Assembly (NCBI GenBank): GCA_947479645.1
Contig: CANKAJ010000003.1
Span: 4,127-68,126, forward strand
DNA: 64,000 nucleotides
Source of the DNA: Betaproteobacteria bacterium
Lineage (GTDB): Bacteria > Pseudomonadota > Gammaproteobacteria > Burkholderiales > SG8-39
Direction: 5' to 3'
Shown piece by piece: positions 62,615 to 64,000 of this stretch. The position numbers and the translations under genes were made by a program. The stretch's first letter is position 1, and the number at the start of each line of letters is the position of its first letter. The notes under the pieces are model-generated. The model was not told where the DNA came from and did no database searches. It was given only the letters and a program-made list of their open reading frames with translations.

Positions 62615-63859
62615 TCAATTGACTGGTTTGGCAATTTCCAACTTGATGCCACGGGCACCTGGCGCCATTGGCGACGAAACAGCCTCAAGGTCGCCTTTCT
62701 GTGGCGTCGCAAGGCCGGATTTGGAAACACGCGCCACAACCACCACGCGTGGAAATGCGGAAACTTTCAGGGTTGGCGTCATTGCCATGGAATCGTCCAG
62801 CGAAAAATCAAAAGGCAGGTCTTTGACCTGGCGACGCATCACCGCCAGCGGCATGCGTGGTCCTTCTGCCGCTCTTGCAAAAACAAACACGGAATCTTCC
62901 GGCCCCACCTTTGACCCCGCTGAAGGGGAAAGAACGACACGACCACTGAGTGAAGCTACAGGACTCGCCGATACCCCGGGACTCGCCTCAGCTTCCTTGG
63001 ACGCTGACTTGGCTGGCGGCACGCCCATGCGGCTTTCCGCTTCGGCGATACTGCTGCGGACCGAGCCGGCAAATTCCGACTCAGGAGGAACCAATGCCAG
63101 CGCGCGCTTCCAGGATTTGGCTGCGCCGCTGAAGTCATTGCGATTAAAAGCAATGGTGCCGGCAATGGAGAGCGCTTTCACGTTATCGGGATCGATGGCG
63201 AGCGCTCGCGTAATCAGTGCCGCCGGCTCGCCCTCCAGTTTTTTGCCTTGCGCCATGGCAAGCACGTCGGCAAAATCCGCCAGTAGCTGGGCATCCTTCG
63301 GCTGCAGGCTGACAGCCTTCGCATATGCCCGTGCAGCGTCGTCGTAACGACCGACTGCGGCCTTGGAGCGCCCCAGAAGAATCCAGCCATCAATATCGTC
63401 GGGCCTCTCCTTCAGTCGCTCGGCCAGCCGGTTGACCATGCCTTCGATCTGCTCGGCAGTCACCGCATGCGGACTGCCCGAATTGGCTACTGCTGCTTGA
63501 GGGGAAAACGCGTCGGGATTGCCAAGCCAGGAATACAGGCCCGCTGCGAAAAGCGGAACCGCAATGGCAACAACGATGGCTGCCCGCGCCGAGCGCGTGC
63601 GCGTCCCGATTGCTGCGTCCGCGCCATCGTCCAGGACACGTCGCTCAATCTCGCCACGCGCCATTTCCCACTGCTCGCGGGTAAGAATGCCGGCTGCAAG
63701 TTCTGCATCGAGTTCGGCCATCTGCTCGCGATAGATGCCGACATTGCTCGCCAGCATACCGGAAGAAGAAGCACCCTTGCCATCACGGGAAAGCAATGGC
63801 CACAACAACAAGGCAAGCACCAGTGCTACCAGCAAAACGGAAAAAACAACAAAGAGCAT
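62615..63859 (-). CDS. ccmI: c-type cytochrome biogenesis protein CcmI/CycH (TPR)
   Basis: IYREQMAELD, LY..LGNP, TPR repeats, VFVFARA.EGPRMPLA, LDDSMAMTP. Confidence 0.9.
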   Translation of the reverse strand: MLFVVFSVLLVALVLALLLWPLLSRDGKGASSSGMLASNVGIYREQMAELDAELAAGILTREQWEMARGEIERRVLDDGADAAIGTRTRSARAAIVVAIAVPLFAAGLYSWLGNPDAFSPQAAVANSGSPHAVTAEQIEGMVNRLAERLKERPDDIDGWILLGRSKAAVGRYDDAARAYAKAVSLQPKDAQLLADFADVLAMAQGKKLEGEPAALITRALAIDPDNVKALSIAGTIAFNRNDFSGAAKSWKRALALVPPESEFAGSVRSSIAEAESRMGVPPAKSASKEAEASPGVSASPVASLSGRVVLSPSAGSKVGPEDSVFVFARAAEGPRMPLAVMRRQVKDLPFDFSLDDSMAMTPTLKVSAFPRVVVVARVSKSGLATPQKGDLEAVSSPMAPGARGIKLEIAKPVN

Positions 63860-64000
63860 CACTCGGGTTGTACTCCAGATTCCAGAATTTTCTTGGCGCG
63901 CGCACGCTCCGCGTCATCGAGCGGCACTTCCTCGATTTGGGACGTCCGGCGTCGCCGCAGGACAACGAAAAGAAAGACGAACGCGCCGGCAAGCAATGCA
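63859..64000 (-). CDS. ccmH: CcmH/CcmL C-terminal fragment (runs off window end)
   Basis: ALLAGAFVFLFVVLRRRR...LDDAERARAKKIL, with its stop overlapping the ccmI start; consistent with ccm gene order. Confidence 0.7.
   Translation of the reverse strand, partial: ALLAGAFVFLFVVLRRRRTSQIEEVPLDDAERARAKKILESGVQPE

Overview
Chromosomal segment from a GC-rich bacterium, most likely a betaproteobacterium (inferred from three orphan Bug/TctC solute-binding genes, the ParC/ParE style and ccmH-ccmI). Left end: core locus parE-parC-ffs (SRP RNA)-dnaX, then an accessory catabolic block (Bug SBP, FAH hydrolase, amidohydrolase, CoA transferase, LLM oxidoreductase) ending at tRNA-Ser(GGA). Next come housekeeping and transport genes (acs, qor, SDR, class I fumarase, Pit/DUF47, MFS, NlpC/P60, EamA, AEC). 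From about 29 to 49 kb is a redox/O2/light-sensing region: an SHP-DHC-cytochrome b operon with a QseB/QseC-like two-component system, two PIN toxin-antitoxin modules, an HD-GYP response regulator, two membrane sensors with no output domain plus a hybrid kinase (the three share two conserved coiled-coil motifs), a frameshifted globin-like/B12-binding gene, kinase pseudogene fragments, and a K+ channel-hemerythrin diguanylate cyclase pair behind a perfect FNR box. From 51.3 to 62.5 kb is a catabolic cluster headed by a gene the ORF track splits in two. It reads through an in-frame UGA (C-U-G-S-C) followed by a clean SECIS-like hairpin, so it is a ~601-aa UGSC-type selenoprotein. Downstream are an ABC importer, a thiolase-like/OB-fold pair, an atypical Ldh_2 enzyme and a CoA-transferase pair. 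The best candidates for an undescribed system are (1) this selenoprotein-led catabolic cluster and (2) the putative coiled-coil docking network of orphan sensors and kinase. No CRISPR, rRNA, integrase or transposase was seen. All assignments come from reading motifs by eye; no database search was run.
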